A stretch of 64,000 bases of DNA, from the NCBI GenBank assembly GCA_963722135.1, contig CAVRJT010000001.1, positions 127,709 through 191,708 on the forward strand. The letters are read 5' to 3'. How positions within the stretch are numbered: position 1 is the stretch's first letter; each line of letters begins with the position of its first letter. Positions 46,937 to 57,333 of the stretch are shown here, one piece after another. The position numbers were made by a program, and so were the translations under genes. The DNA is from an uncultured Actinomycetota bacterium. Its GTDB lineage: Bacteria; Actinomycetota; Actinomycetes; Propionibacteriales; Nocardioidaceae. Under the pieces are notes generated by a model. It made no database searches, was not told the DNA's origin, and saw only the letters and a program-made list of their open reading frames with translations.

Positions 46937-48223
46937 GTGACATCGAGCGCGAGCCCCGGGGAGCAGTCCGTCACCGACGCACCCCTGGTGGCGCGCACGG
47001 TGGCCGTCGACGTCGCCCGGCTGGACGCGCTCGGCTCGCTGCTCGACCTGCTGCCGGTCGAGCACCCGGTGAGCTGGCTGCGCCGCGGCGAGGGGCTCGT
47101 CGGCTGGGGCCGGGCCGCGCTGGTGCGCACCACGGGCACGACCCGCTTCAGCGACGCCACCAAGTGGTGGGACGAGATCACCGCCCGCGCCGTGGTGCGC
47201 GACGAGGTCGAGGAGCCCGGCACCGGGCTCGTCTGCTTCGGCACCTTCGCCTTCGCCGACGAGCCCGGGGACTCGGTGCTGCAGGTGCCGTCGGTGGTCG
47301 TCGGGCGCCGGGGCGACCGGGCCTGGCTGACCGTCGTGGGCCGGGGCACCCTCGAGCCCCTCGGTGACCACCTCTCCCCCGCCGAGCCACCCGCGGCTCC
47401 GGTCGACGTGACCTTCGCCGACGGCTCGCTGAACTCCGAGCAGTGGATGTCGGCCGTGGCCGACGCCGTGCGCCGCATCGGCGGCGGCGACCTGGAGAAG
47501 GTCGTGCTGGCCCGCGACCTGATCGCCAGCGCCGTCGAGGACGTCGACGTCCGCTGGCCCCTGCAGCGGCTCGCGGCGGCGTACCCGATGTGCTGGACGT
47601 TCCACGTCGACGGCATGTTCGGTGCCACCCCCGAGATGCTGGTGCGGCGCGAGCGCGGCCTGGTCACCTCGCGGGTGCTGGCCGGCACCATCCGCCGCAC
47701 CGGTGACGACGAGCGCGACCTGGCGCTGGCCGCCACCCTGGCCCGCTCGTCGAAGGACCTCGAGGAGCACGAGTACGCCGTGCGCTCGGTGGCCGACGCG
47801 CTCGAGCCGCACTGCTCGTCGATGAACGTGCCCGAGACGCCCTTCGTGCTGCACCTGCCCAACGTGATGCACCTGGCCAGCGACGTCGCCGGGGTCGTCC
47901 ACGACGCCCAGACCGTCTCCTCCCTCGACCTCGCCGAGTCGCTGCACCCCTCCGCCGCCGTCGGCGGCACCCCCTCCCACGAGGCCACCGCCCTGATCAC
48001 CGAGATCGAGCGGATGGACCGCGGGCGCTACGCCGGCCCCGTGGGCTGGATGGACGCCAGCGGCGACGGTGAGTGGGGCATCGCCCTGCGCTCCGGGGTC
48101 GTCGAGGGCGGCACCGTGCGGCTCTTCGCCGGCTGCGGCATCGTCGCCGACTCCGACCCCGAGGCCGAGCTCGCCGAGGCGCAGGCCAAGTTCGTACCGG
48201 TCCGCGACTCGCTGTCGGACTGA
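46937..48223 (+). CDS. menF: Isochorismate synthase
   Basis: EKVVLAR, GATPE, LAGT, KDLEEH, LHPSAAVGG, RGRYAGPVGW, LFAGCGIV. Confidence 0.92.
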   Translation: MTSSASPGEQSVTDAPLVARTVAVDVARLDALGSLLDLLPVEHPVSWLRRGEGLVGWGRAALVRTTGTTRFSDATKWWDEITARAVVRDEVEEPGTGLVCFGTFAFADEPGDSVLQVPSVVVGRRGDRAWLTVVGRGTLEPLGDHLSPAEPPAAPVDVTFADGSLNSEQWMSAVADAVRRIGGGDLEKVVLARDLIASAVEDVDVRWPLQRLAAAYPMCWTFHVDGMFGATPEMLVRRERGLVTSRVLAGTIRRTGDDERDLALAATLARSSKDLEEHEYAVRSVADALEPHCSSMNVPETPFVLHLPNVMHLASDVAGVVHDAQTVSSLDLAESLHPSAAVGGTPSHEATALITEIERMDRGRYAGPVGWMDASGDGEWGIALRSGVVEGGTVRLFAGCGIVADSDPEAELAEAQAKFVPVRDSLSD

Positions 48224-48239
48224 CGCCTACCCTCGGGGC

Positions 48240-50405
48240 ATGCGTCTCGGTCCTGCTGCCCTGTCCGCCGCCGTGGCCCTGGCGCTCCCGCTGGGGCTGC
48301 TGAACGCCTCCGCGGGGACCGCCGCCCCGGCCGCCCGAGCCACCGAGCCGGAGCACTCGCTGCGGATCGGGGGCACGGACGTGGGCAGCTACCCGTCCTT
48401 CGACCCGCGCGTGCACCGCTACGCCGCGACCACCACCTCGGCCACCCGCGGCGAGCTCACCGTCGCGGCCACCAGCACCGACCCCGGGGCTCGGGTCTAC
48501 GTCGCCGGGGCCCACGAGCCCGACGGCGAGGCCGTGGTCACCGGCCTCGAGGAGGGCGACGAGGTCAGCGTCTGGGTCGACGACAGCTCCGGGCGCGCGG
48601 CGTACTCGGTGGTCTACCTGCCGGCGGACTTCCCGGCCATCGAGGTCTCCACCGCGCCGGCGGCCGAGGTCGCCGACGAGGTGCTGGCGCGGGGCAAGGT
48701 GCTGCTCACGCTCGACCGCTGGCTCTCGGAGTCCGACAGCTACGAGGTCGCGATGGACCGCCAGGGCGTCCCGGCCTGGGTGCGCACCACCGAGGGGGGC
48801 GCGTCGATGGACCTCAAGGAGGTGCCCGGCGGCTACAGCGTCTTCCGCCAGCCCACGACCTCGCCGGGGCGGACCGGGTCGAGGCTGGTGCGCCTCGACG
48901 AGCAGCTCCGCGAGGTGGCGTCGTACGAGACCGTCGGGCTGACGAACACCGACGGCCACGACGTGGCCTGGCAGGACGACGGCAGCGCCTACCTGATGGC
49001 CTACGAGCCCGACAGCACCCCGGGCAGCGACCTGGTCGGCGCACTGCTGCAGCACGTCGACGCCGACGGCGAGGTGCTCTGGGAGTGGGACGCCGCCGAC
49101 CACGTCGACCGCCTCGCCGAGGGCACCGCGGGCGACAACCCCGACTGGGCGCACATCAACTCCGTCGAGGTGATGGCCGACGGCGACCTGCTGGTCTCCT
49201 TCCGCCACCTCAGCGCCGTGCTCAAGATCGCCCGCACCGCCCACGACGGCTTCGCCGGGGGCGACGTCGTGTGGCGTCTCGGCGGCCGGCGCAGCGACTG
49301 GACCTTCCCCGACGACGAGGCCGGCACCGGGCCGTGCGCCCAGCACACCGCGACCGAGCTCGACGACGGCCACATCCTGCTCTTCGACAACGGCTCGCCG
49401 TCCTTCACCCGCGACGGCACCATCTGCGTCGACCAGTCCGACCCCGACGGCTCGACGGTGCCGCGGCTGTGGAGCCGGGTCACCGAGTACGCGCTCGACG
49501 AGACGACCGGCGAGGCGCGCACCGTCTTCGAGCACCGGGTCACCGACCCCGACCACCTCGCCATCTTCGCGGGCTCCTCGGCGCGGCTCGACAACGGCAA
49601 CACGCTGGTGGGCTGGGCCGCCGAGCGCCGCATCATGGCCAGCGAGGTCGACCCCGACGGCGCGACGCTGTGGTCGGTGCGCGACGCGAGCAACCCGACC
49701 GACCGTGCCTTCTTCACCTACCGGGCCGCGTTGGGCGAGGTCCCCGACCGCACCCCGCCGACCGTCGCGGTCGGCGACGGGGAGGCCGTGGACCTGGGCG
49801 CCGAGCTGACCGTCGCCGCGATCGGTGCTCGCTGCGCCGACCGCGGCGGGTCGGGGCTGGTGGGCTGCGAGGTCGGCGAGGCCACCACCGACGAGCCGGG
49901 CGCCCGCGAGGTCGAGGTCACCGCCACCGACGCCGAGGGCACCACCACGACCCGCACCGTGGGCTACCGCGTGCGCGACAACCGGGCCGACGCCGCCGTG
50001 GGACCGCGCTCCCGCGACCTGCGCGGCGAGGGCACCACCGGGTCGTGGCGCAGCCAGAAGGTGCGTGTCGACCTGCGCCGCCCCGGTCGCCAGGAGCGGC
50101 TGCTGGTGCGCCTGCGCCACGGCGCCGCGGTCGCCGACCGCGTCACCCTCGAGGGCACCGGCAGCGTCAAGGGCTTCAAGGTCCGCTACCGCCACAGCGG
50201 CGACGACGTCACCCGCGAGGTGCGGCAGGGCACCTGGAGCACCCCGCTCCTGGAGCCCGGCGAGCACACCGACGTCAAGGTCGTCGTACGCCGACGCAAC
50301 GCCGCGGCCGACGGTGACAAGCACATCGTGAAGGTCGACGCCACGGCCGAGCTGGGCCGTGGCAAGGCCGACCACGTCGGAGTGGTGGTGCGGGGGCGCG
50401 CTGGA
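48240..50405 (+). CDS. Secreted aryl-sulfotransferase (ASST) family protein with cadherin/Ig-like domains; stop codon not visible
   Basis: Signal peptide; TDGHD, DWAHINSV, VSFRH, WRLGG, CAQH, LFDNG, GS..RL.NGNTLVGW, FTYRA; homology-like sequence ends near 50400. Confidence 0.8.
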
Positions 50406-50454
50406 TCGGCGCGAGATTCGGGCCGGGTCGGCGCGAGATTCGGGCCGGGTCGGC
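50406..50454. repeat. Perfect 22-bp tandem repeat (family B), 2.2 copies
   Basis: TCGGCGCGAGATTCGGGCCGGG at 50406 and 50428, partial at 50450. Confidence 0.85.
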
Positions 50455-51098
50455 TAGAGGTCGGCGCCGTCGGCGCGGCGTACGAACTCGAGGCCGTCGT
50501 GGCCGAGGAACCGGCCGAAGTGCTGGTCGACGATCCCCAGGGCCAGGTCGGAGTAGACCTTGTCGTGGATCGCCAGCACCCGCGGCGCGCGGACCGCGCG
50601 GGCGAACTCGATGCCCTCCGCGATCGCCATCCACGGAGCGGAGACCGGGGCCAGGAGCACGTCGACAGCGACGCCGGGGCCGGTGAGCGCGTCACCGGGG
50701 TGGTAGACACGCTCGTCGCCGCAGGTCAGCACGTAGCCGGAGTTGTCGAAGTGCGGCAGCTCGGGGTGGATGACGGCGTGCTTCTCCCCCACCACCAGGA
50801 CGGGGAAGCCGGCCACCGCCAGCTGCTGGCCCGGCGTCACGACGGTGACCCGCTCGGCGAGGTCCGGTGCCTGCTGCCGGATCTGCTCGGCGACCGCGGC
50901 GATGGTCCAGATCGGGGCGTCGGCGGCGCGCAGCGCGTCGGGGGTCCAGTGGTCGGCGTGCTCGTGGGTGACCAGCACCCCGGCCACCCCGTCGACGGCC
51001 GCCGCCGCGTCGGGGGTGAACGCACCGGGGTCCAGCACGAGCGCCGTGCCGTCGTGCTCCACCCGGACGCAGGCGTGGCCGAACTTGGTGATCCGCAT
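50454..51098 (-). CDS. MBL-fold metallo-hydrolase
   Basis: KFGHACV, LDPG, THEHADH, YHPGD, AIHD. Confidence 0.9.
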   Translation of the reverse strand: MRITKFGHACVRVEHDGTALVLDPGAFTPDAAAAVDGVAGVLVTHEHADHWTPDALRAADAPIWTIAAVAEQIRQQAPDLAERVTVVTPGQQLAVAGFPVLVVGEKHAVIHPELPHFDNSGYVLTCGDERVYHPGDALTGPGVAVDVLLAPVSAPWMAIAEGIEFARAVRAPRVLAIHDKVYSDLALGIVDQHFGRFLGHDGLEFVRRADGADL

Positions 51099-51141
51099 CA
51101 GGCCACCGTAGTCGGCGCCACCGCTGGCTACCCTGCCTGGC

Positions 51142-51699
51142 GTGAGCACCGAACCCGACGCCGGCCCGCAGCCTGGTCCCCAGACCGGTCCACAGCCCGG
51201 TCCGCACCTGCGCCCGGCCGTCCCCGCGGACGCCGAGGCGCTCGGGCACCTGCATCTCGACGTCTGGGAGGACGCCTACACGGGGCTGATGCCCGCCCAC
51301 GTGCTGTCCGAGCGGCGCCGGGCCGCCGACGCCCGGGTCGAGCAGTGGCGCCGCATCCTGACCCAGCGCGCCGAGGCCGGGTCGGACCCCGACCCCGTCC
51401 TGCTCGCCGAGGACGCCAGCGGGCTGCTCGGCTTCGGCTCGGCCCTGCCTCGCCGCGACGCCGACGAGGACCTGCCGCCGGTCGAGCTGACGGCGCTCTA
51501 CGTCCGGGCCCGCTGCTGGGGCACCGGGCTCGGCCACCGGCTGCTGGTCGCCTCCCTGGGTGATCGGGCGGCGTACCTGTGGGTGCTCGCCGGGAACGTG
51601 CGCGCGATCGGCTTCTACGAGCGGCACGGATTCGCCCTCGACGGCGGCGTGGACGACGACGATCCGCACGGTCGGCACCTGCGTATGGTGCGCCGATGA
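51142..51699 (+). CDS. GNAT family N-acetyltransferase
   Basis: LYV....WGTGLGHRL, LWVLAGNVRAIGFYERHGF. Confidence 0.9.
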   Translation: MSTEPDAGPQPGPQTGPQPGPHLRPAVPADAEALGHLHLDVWEDAYTGLMPAHVLSERRRAADARVEQWRRILTQRAEAGSDPDPVLLAEDASGLLGFGSALPRRDADEDLPPVELTALYVRARCWGTGLGHRLLVASLGDRAAYLWVLAGNVRAIGFYERHGFALDGGVDDDDPHGRHLRMVRR

Positions 51700-52911
51700 G
51701 CAACGACGTGCCCCGGCTCGACCTGGCCGACCCCACGTTCGACACCACCGGCCCCGACGTCCACGCCGCCCGCGAGCAGACGTGGTGGGCGCACACGCCG
51801 TACGGGTTCGCGGTGCTGCGGCACGCCGAGTCGGCGGCGCTGCTGCGGGACCGGCGCTTCATCCAGGGCAACGCGCGCTGGCCCGAGCAGAACGGCATCC
51901 ACTCGGGGCTCTTCCACGACTGGTGGGCCGAGACCCTGCTCAGCCTCGAGGGCGGTGACCACGACCGGGTGCGCCGGCTGCTGCTGCCGGCCTTCCGCAA
52001 GCGTTCCATCGAGGCGATGCGGCCCTCGTTCACCGCGCTGGCCGAGGAGCTCATCGACGGCTTCGCCGCCCGGGGACAGGTCGAGCTGGTCGCGGAGTTC
52101 GCCGAGCCGTACGCCGCCCGCATCATCTGCCGTCTCCTCGGGCTCGACGAGGAGCACTGGCCGCAGGTGGCGCACTGGGCCGACGACCTCGGCGCCTCCT
52201 TCTCCATCGACGTCGGCGCCCAGGTGCCCCGGATCGAGGCGGCGCTCGACGGGCTGAGCGGCTACCTCGCCGACGTCGTCGCCGACCGACGGGCCCACCC
52301 GCGCGAGGACTTCGTGACCACGCTCGTCCAGGCCGCGGACGACCCGCCCGAGGGCACGGCCGGGCTCACCGACCACGAGCTGTCGGTCGCCCTGGTCTTC
52401 CTCGTCTTCGCCGGGATGGAGACGACCCGCAACCAGATCGGCCTGGCCGTGCAGACGCTGCTGGGCCACCCCGACCAGTGGCGCCTGCTCGCCTCCCGGC
52501 CCGACCTGGGGTCGGCGTGCGTGGAGGAGGTGATGCGGGTCAACCCGACCGTCACCTGGGTGACCCGCGAAGCGCGTCGAGGACGTCGACCTCGGCGACG
52601 GGCTGGTGGTGCCCGCGGGCGGGGTCGTGCAGGTGCTCTCCCACGCCGCCGGCACCGACCCGACCGCGATGGCCGACCCGGCCTTCGACCTCGAGGCGGC
52701 CGAGCGCGGCGAGCACCCGCCGCACACCGGGTTCGGCGCCGGCATCCACCACTGCCTGGGGCACATGGTCGCCCGGGTCGACATGGCGGTGGCGCTGCCG
52801 CTGCTGGCGCGCCGGATGCCCGACGTCCGTGCCGACGGACCCGGCGAGTGGATGCCCGTCTCCGGCAACACCGGCGCCCTGCGGTTCCCGCTGCGCTTCA
52901 CCCCCTCCTGA
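51696..52911 (+). CDS. Cytochrome P450 (one frameshift near 52570)
   Basis: H.RVRRLL..AF, I-helix AGMETT, ExxR (EEVMR), heme motif FGAGIHHCLG. Confidence 0.93.
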
Positions 52912-52933
52912 CATCCGACCCCGAGGAGCCCGC

Positions 52934-53798
52934 ATGACCACGATCGGCATCACCGGCGCCACCGGCACCCTGGGCGGGCGCGTCACCTCGCTGCTCGCAG
53001 GCGCCGACATGCGCCTCGACCTGCGGCTGCTGGTGCGCGACGCCGCACGCGCCCCCGACGTCGACACCGACGTGCGCGAGTGCACCTACGCCGACCGCGA
53101 CGCCGTGCTGGCGGCGCTGCGCGGTGTGGAGACCCTGTTCATGGTCTCCACCCACGAGGGCCCGCAGCGCCGCGACGAGCACCGCACGTTCGTCGCGGCC
53201 GCCGCCGAGGCTGGGGTGCGCCACGTCGTCTACACCTCGTTCGTCGGGGCCGCCCCCGACACCACGTTCACCCTGGGCCACGACCACCACTTCACCGAGC
53301 AGGCCATCCGCGACAGCGGCATGTCGTACACGTTCCTGCGCGACAACTTCTACCTCGACGTGCTGCCGCTCTTCGCCGACGACGCACGGCGTGCTCCGCG
53401 GCCCGGGCGGCCGGGGCCGGCTGGCCGCCGTGGCCCGCGCCGACGTCGCCGACGCGGCCGCGGTGGTGCTGCGCGACCCGGCCGACCACGCGGGGGCGGC
53501 GTACGACATGACGGGGCCGGAGGCGCTGCGCCTCGACGAGGTGGCCGCGCGGGCCGGGGCGGTGCTGGGGCGCGAGATGAGCTACGTCGAGGAGGGCATC
53601 GACGAGGCCTACGCCTCGCGGCGCGCCGGGTGGCCGGACGCCCGGCAGTGGCAGCTCGACGCCTGGGTCAGCACCTACACCGCGATCGCCGACGGCTCGC
53701 TGGCCCGGGTCAGCGACGACGTCGAGCGGCTGCTCAGGCGTCCGGCACGCACGCTCGAGCAGGCCCTCGAGCAGCGGCCTCGCGGCACCGGCGCCTGA
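52934..53798 (+). CDS. NmrA/QorB-like NAD(P)H-binding oxidoreductase (one frameshift)
   Basis: ITGATGTLG, AGVRHVVYTS, TFLRDNFY, VARADVADAA, YDMTGPEAL. Confidence 0.88.
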
Positions 53799-53801
53799 GG
53801 A

Positions 53802-55664
53802 TCAGCTGGTCAGGTGGTGCACGAAGCACCACCGCCAGTGCTCGCCCGGTTCGGCGGACTGCATGACCGGGTGGGCGGTGTCGTGGAAGTGCGCCGTGGC
53901 GTGCTGGGCCGGCGAGGAGTCGCAGCAGGCCAGGTGGCCGCACGCGAGGCACTCACGCAGCGCCACCCACGTCGTGCCGACCTCGAGGCAGTCGACGCAC
54001 ACGCCGGCGTCGCTGGTGCGCACCGCCGTGGTCGCGGCCAGGTGGGCGCACTCCTCCCGGGTCGCGGGGCGCAGCCCGACCGGCTCGTCCTGCTCGTGCT
54101 GGGGCGTCGCCCGGTCGATGAGCGACTCCTCCACGTCGAGCATCGCCAGGACCTCGGCGACCACCACGGAGTCGACCCGGCCCGAGCTGCGGATCTCGAG
54201 CACCCGCTCCCGCTCGGCGCCGATCATCGCCAGGCGCACCCGCGCGTAGAGCTCGCTGGGCGTCTCCTGGCCCGGCGTGGTGCCGAGGCGCTCCCAGGCG
54301 GCGAAGTTGCGCTGGTCGATGCGCTGGCGGATGCGGTCGATGACGCCGTGCGCGTCGTCGTAGTCCATCTCCTCCAGCGCCGCGTAGCCGGCCTTGGACG
54401 CCTGCTGCAGCAGGGTCGCGCGGGCCAGGGCGTCGTCCATCGGGTCCGGCGAGGCCACCCGCAGCCGGCGCGCCAGCCACGGCAGGGTCAGCCCCTGCAG
54501 CAGCAGGGTGCCGGCCACGACGGTGAACGCGACCATCAGCAGCACCTCGCGGTGCTCGAAGTCGGCGGGGATCACGAACGCCGCGGCCAGGGTGACCACG
54601 CCGCGCATCCCGGCCCACCCGACGAGCAGGGTGTTCTGCCACGACGGCTTGACCCGGACCCCGTCGGGGCCCGGCTGCACCAGCACGTAGCGGGCCGCGA
54701 AGACCCACACGACCCGCAGCAGCGACCACCGCGACCAGCGTCGTGCCGCAGACCAGCACCACCCGGCCCAGGCCGACCTCGCTGCGCCCCGACGTCGGCG
54801 ACCAGGCGGGCGGCCTGCAGCCCGATCAGCAGGAACACCACGTTCTCGAGGACGAACGCGATGGTGCGCCAGTTCATCCGCTCCGCGATCCGCGACGACG
54901 CGGTCTGCAGCACCGGCGAGCGGTGGCCCAGCAGAAGCCCCGCGACGACCACGGCGAGGACGCCGGAGGCGTGGATCTCCTCGGCGAGCACGTAGGCCGC
55001 GAACGGGGTGACCAACGAGATCGCGGTGTCGGTGAGCGGGTCCTCCACCCGTCGGCGCACCCAGCCGATGACGAGGTAGAGCACCACCCCGACCGCCACC
55101 CCGCCGCCGGCGGCCAGCGCGAAGTCGAGACCGACACCGACGGCGGTGATCCCGGCCCCGCCGGCGGCGACCGCGGTGCGCAGCGACACCAGGGCGGTCG
55201 CGTCGTTGAGCAGCGACTCGCCCTCGAGGATCGTCACGATGCGCCGCGGCAGCCCGATGCGCCGACCGATGGCGGTGGCCGCGACCGCGTCGGGCGGCGC
55301 GACGACCGCACCGATCGCCAGCGCGCCCGGCCAGCCCACGCCCGGCAGCAGGGAGTGCACCAGGACCCCCACACCGACGGTGGTGAAGACGATCAGGCCC
55401 ACCGACAGCAGCAGGATCGAGCGGCGGTTGGCGTTGAAGTCGACCAGCGAGGTCTGGATCGCCGCGGCGTAGAGCAGCGGCGGCAGCAGCCCGAGCAGCA
55501 CCACCTCGGGCGACAGCGTGATCTCGGGGACGCCGGGCAGGTAGGAGCCGGCCGACGCCCACGACGATGAGCACGAGCGGGGCAGGCACGTCGATCCGGT
55601 CGGCCAGCGCGGTGACCACCAGCACGGTGACCGCCAGGGCGATGAGCAGCAGGGCGATCTCCAC
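53802..55664 (-). CDS. CPA1 Na+/H+ antiporter with C-terminal UBP-type zinc finger (frameshifted)
   Basis: LPPLLY, PPDAVA, EGESLLNDA, WAGMRGVVTLAAA; C-terminal CAHL..C.DC..W..LRECLACGH.ACCDSS..QHATAH..WRWCF. Confidence 0.9.
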   Translation of the reverse strand: MEIALLLIALAVTVLVVTALADRIDVPAPLVLIVVGVGRLLPARRPRDHAVARGGAARAAAAAALRRGDPDLAGRLQRQPPLDPAAVGGPDRLHHRRCGGPGALPAAGRGLAGRAGDRCGRRAARRGRGHRHRSAHRAAAAHRDDPRGRVAAQRRDRPGVAAHRGRRRRGRDHRRRCRSRLRAGRRRRGGGRGGALPRHRLGAPTGGGPAHRHRDLVGHPVRGLRARRGDPRLRRPRRGRRGASAGPPLAGAADRVVADRGADELAHHRVRPRERGVPADRAAGRPPGRRRRGAARSAWAGWCWSAARRWSRWSLLRVVWVFAARYVLVQPGPDGVRVKPSWQNTLLVGWAGMRGVVTLAAAFVIPADFEHREVLLMVAFTVVAGTLLLQGLTLPWLARRLRVASPDPMDDALARATLLQQASKAGYAALEEMDYDDAHGVIDRIRQRIDQRNFAAWERLGTTPGQETPSELYARVRLAMIGAERERVLEIRSSGRVDSVVVAEVLAMLDVEESLIDRATPQHEQDEPVGLRPATREECAHLAATTAVRTSDAGVCVDCLEVGTTWVALRECLACGHLACCDSSPAQHATAHFHDTAHPVMQSAEPGEHWRWCFVHHLTS

Positions 55665-55703
55665 CCGGTGATCCTCCCAGGTCCGGGCGCCGGGATCGAC
55701 GGG

Positions 55704-57333
55704 TCAGGGGCGCAGCGCGCGGATCCGCTCGTCGAGCTCGCGGCGGTCGTCGCGACGCACCCGCGCCTCGACGACCTCGATGCCGCCGTTGGGCGAGGCC
55801 AGCGCCTGCTCGAGCTCGGGCAGGCTCTCGACGCGCCAGTGCGGGGTGCGGGTGGCGGCGCACAGCGCGGCGAGGTCGACGGCGGTGCGGGGTGGCGAAG
55901 AGCCGCTCGAAGCGGTCGACGTGCGCGGGGGCGCCCTGCTCGAGCATCGAGAAGATCGACCCGCCGTCGTCGTTGACGACCACGATCGTCAGGTCAGGCT
56001 CCGGCTCGTCGGGGCCGAGGACCAGGCCGTTGGCGTCGTGCAGGAAGGTCACGTCGCCCATCAGCGCGATCACCCGGCTGCTCGAGGGCCGCCCGAGCGC
56101 GGCCCCGATCGCGGTGGAGACCACGCCGTCGATGCCGGACAGCCCCCGGTTGGCGATCACCTTGCGCCGCGCCCCGACCTCCCAGCCGTGCACCATCAGG
56201 TCGAGGTCGCGGATCGGGCTCGAGGCGCCGACGTGCAGCAGCCCCTCCGGGCGGCAGGGCACGCGCGACCGCACCCGCCACGTCGTACGGCGTCAGGTCG
56301 GGCTCGGCGGCCAGCAGCGCGGTCGAGCTGTCGCGAGACCGAGCGGTCGGCCGCGAGCCAGGCGTCGAGCCAGGCCGGGTCGGCGGCCTGCTGGTCGGGG
56401 TGCGGGCTCGCCGTCGAGGATCTCGCCGTCGACCGCGAAGGCGGGCCGCCCACACGCCGCGCGCCGGCGCCGCGAGCACCTCGACGTCGTCGCGGCGCCA
56501 GCAGCCGGGTCACCGGTCGGCTCAGGGTCGGGTGGCCCGGCACCACGACCCGCTCGATGCTGCGACCGAGGTCGGTGTCGAGCAGCAGCCGGTAGGTGCG
56601 CAGCGCGTGGGTGCCCGTGCGCGAGCCGCTCGACGGCTCGGCCAGCAGCGGCCAGCCCGCCGCCTGCGCCAGCACCCGTGCCGGCGGGCCGGCGTCGTCG
56701 CCGGCCACCACGACCGTGCCGTGCTCCCGGCGTCGATGCGGGCTGTCGTTGGTGACCAAACGGCGCTCAAGGGCGGTCTTTCTCTGCCGTTTGGTCACCA
56801 ACGGCAGGCCTCGACGCCCAGGGCGCGGCGGGCAGCAGCGGCTCGTCGAGCCGCACGTTGAGGTGCACCGGGCCGTCGTCGAGCCACAGCATCAGCCAGT
56901 CCGGCGGCTCGTCGGCGCCGATGTCGCTGGGTCGTCGACCAGGGGCCCGAAGACGCCGACCTGGTCGGTGGTCTGGTTGGCGCCGGTGCCGGCGAGCCGG
57001 GTCGGGCGGTCGGCGGTGACGACCAGCAGCGGCACCGCGGCGTGCGCGGCCTCGAGCACCGCGGGGTGCAGGTTGGCCACGGCGGTGCCGGAGGTGCACA
57101 CGACGGCCGCCGGCGCACCGGTCCGCGACAGCCCGAGGGCCAGGAAGGCCGCGGAGCGCTCGTCGATGCGGGTGTGCAGGCGCAGCGCACCGCCCGGCGG
57201 CGGCGTCCCAGACGGCGAAGGACAGGGGTGCGTTGCGCGACCCGGGCGCCACCACCACGTCCCGCACGCCCGCCTCGACCAGCGCCGTCACGACGGCGCG
57301 TGCGGTCCGCGTCGCGTCGTTCTCCTCACCCAC
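55704..57333 (-). CDS. menD: SEPHCHC synthase (frameshifted; palindromic repeat insertion at 56743-56807)
   Basis: [60 protein letters not shown]. Confidence 0.92.
56743..56807. repeat. Inverted pair of palindromic 22-bp REP-like units (family C) inside menD
   Basis: CTGTCGTTGGTGACCAAACGGC-21 nt-GCCGTTTGGTCACCAACGGCAG (21/22 complementary). Confidence 0.85.

Noticed and set aside
48069-51563. 1164-aa giant protein
   Set aside because: It is an ASST gene plus read-through over the antisense MBL gene and the GNAT gene in another frame. The extension has no protein-like signal.
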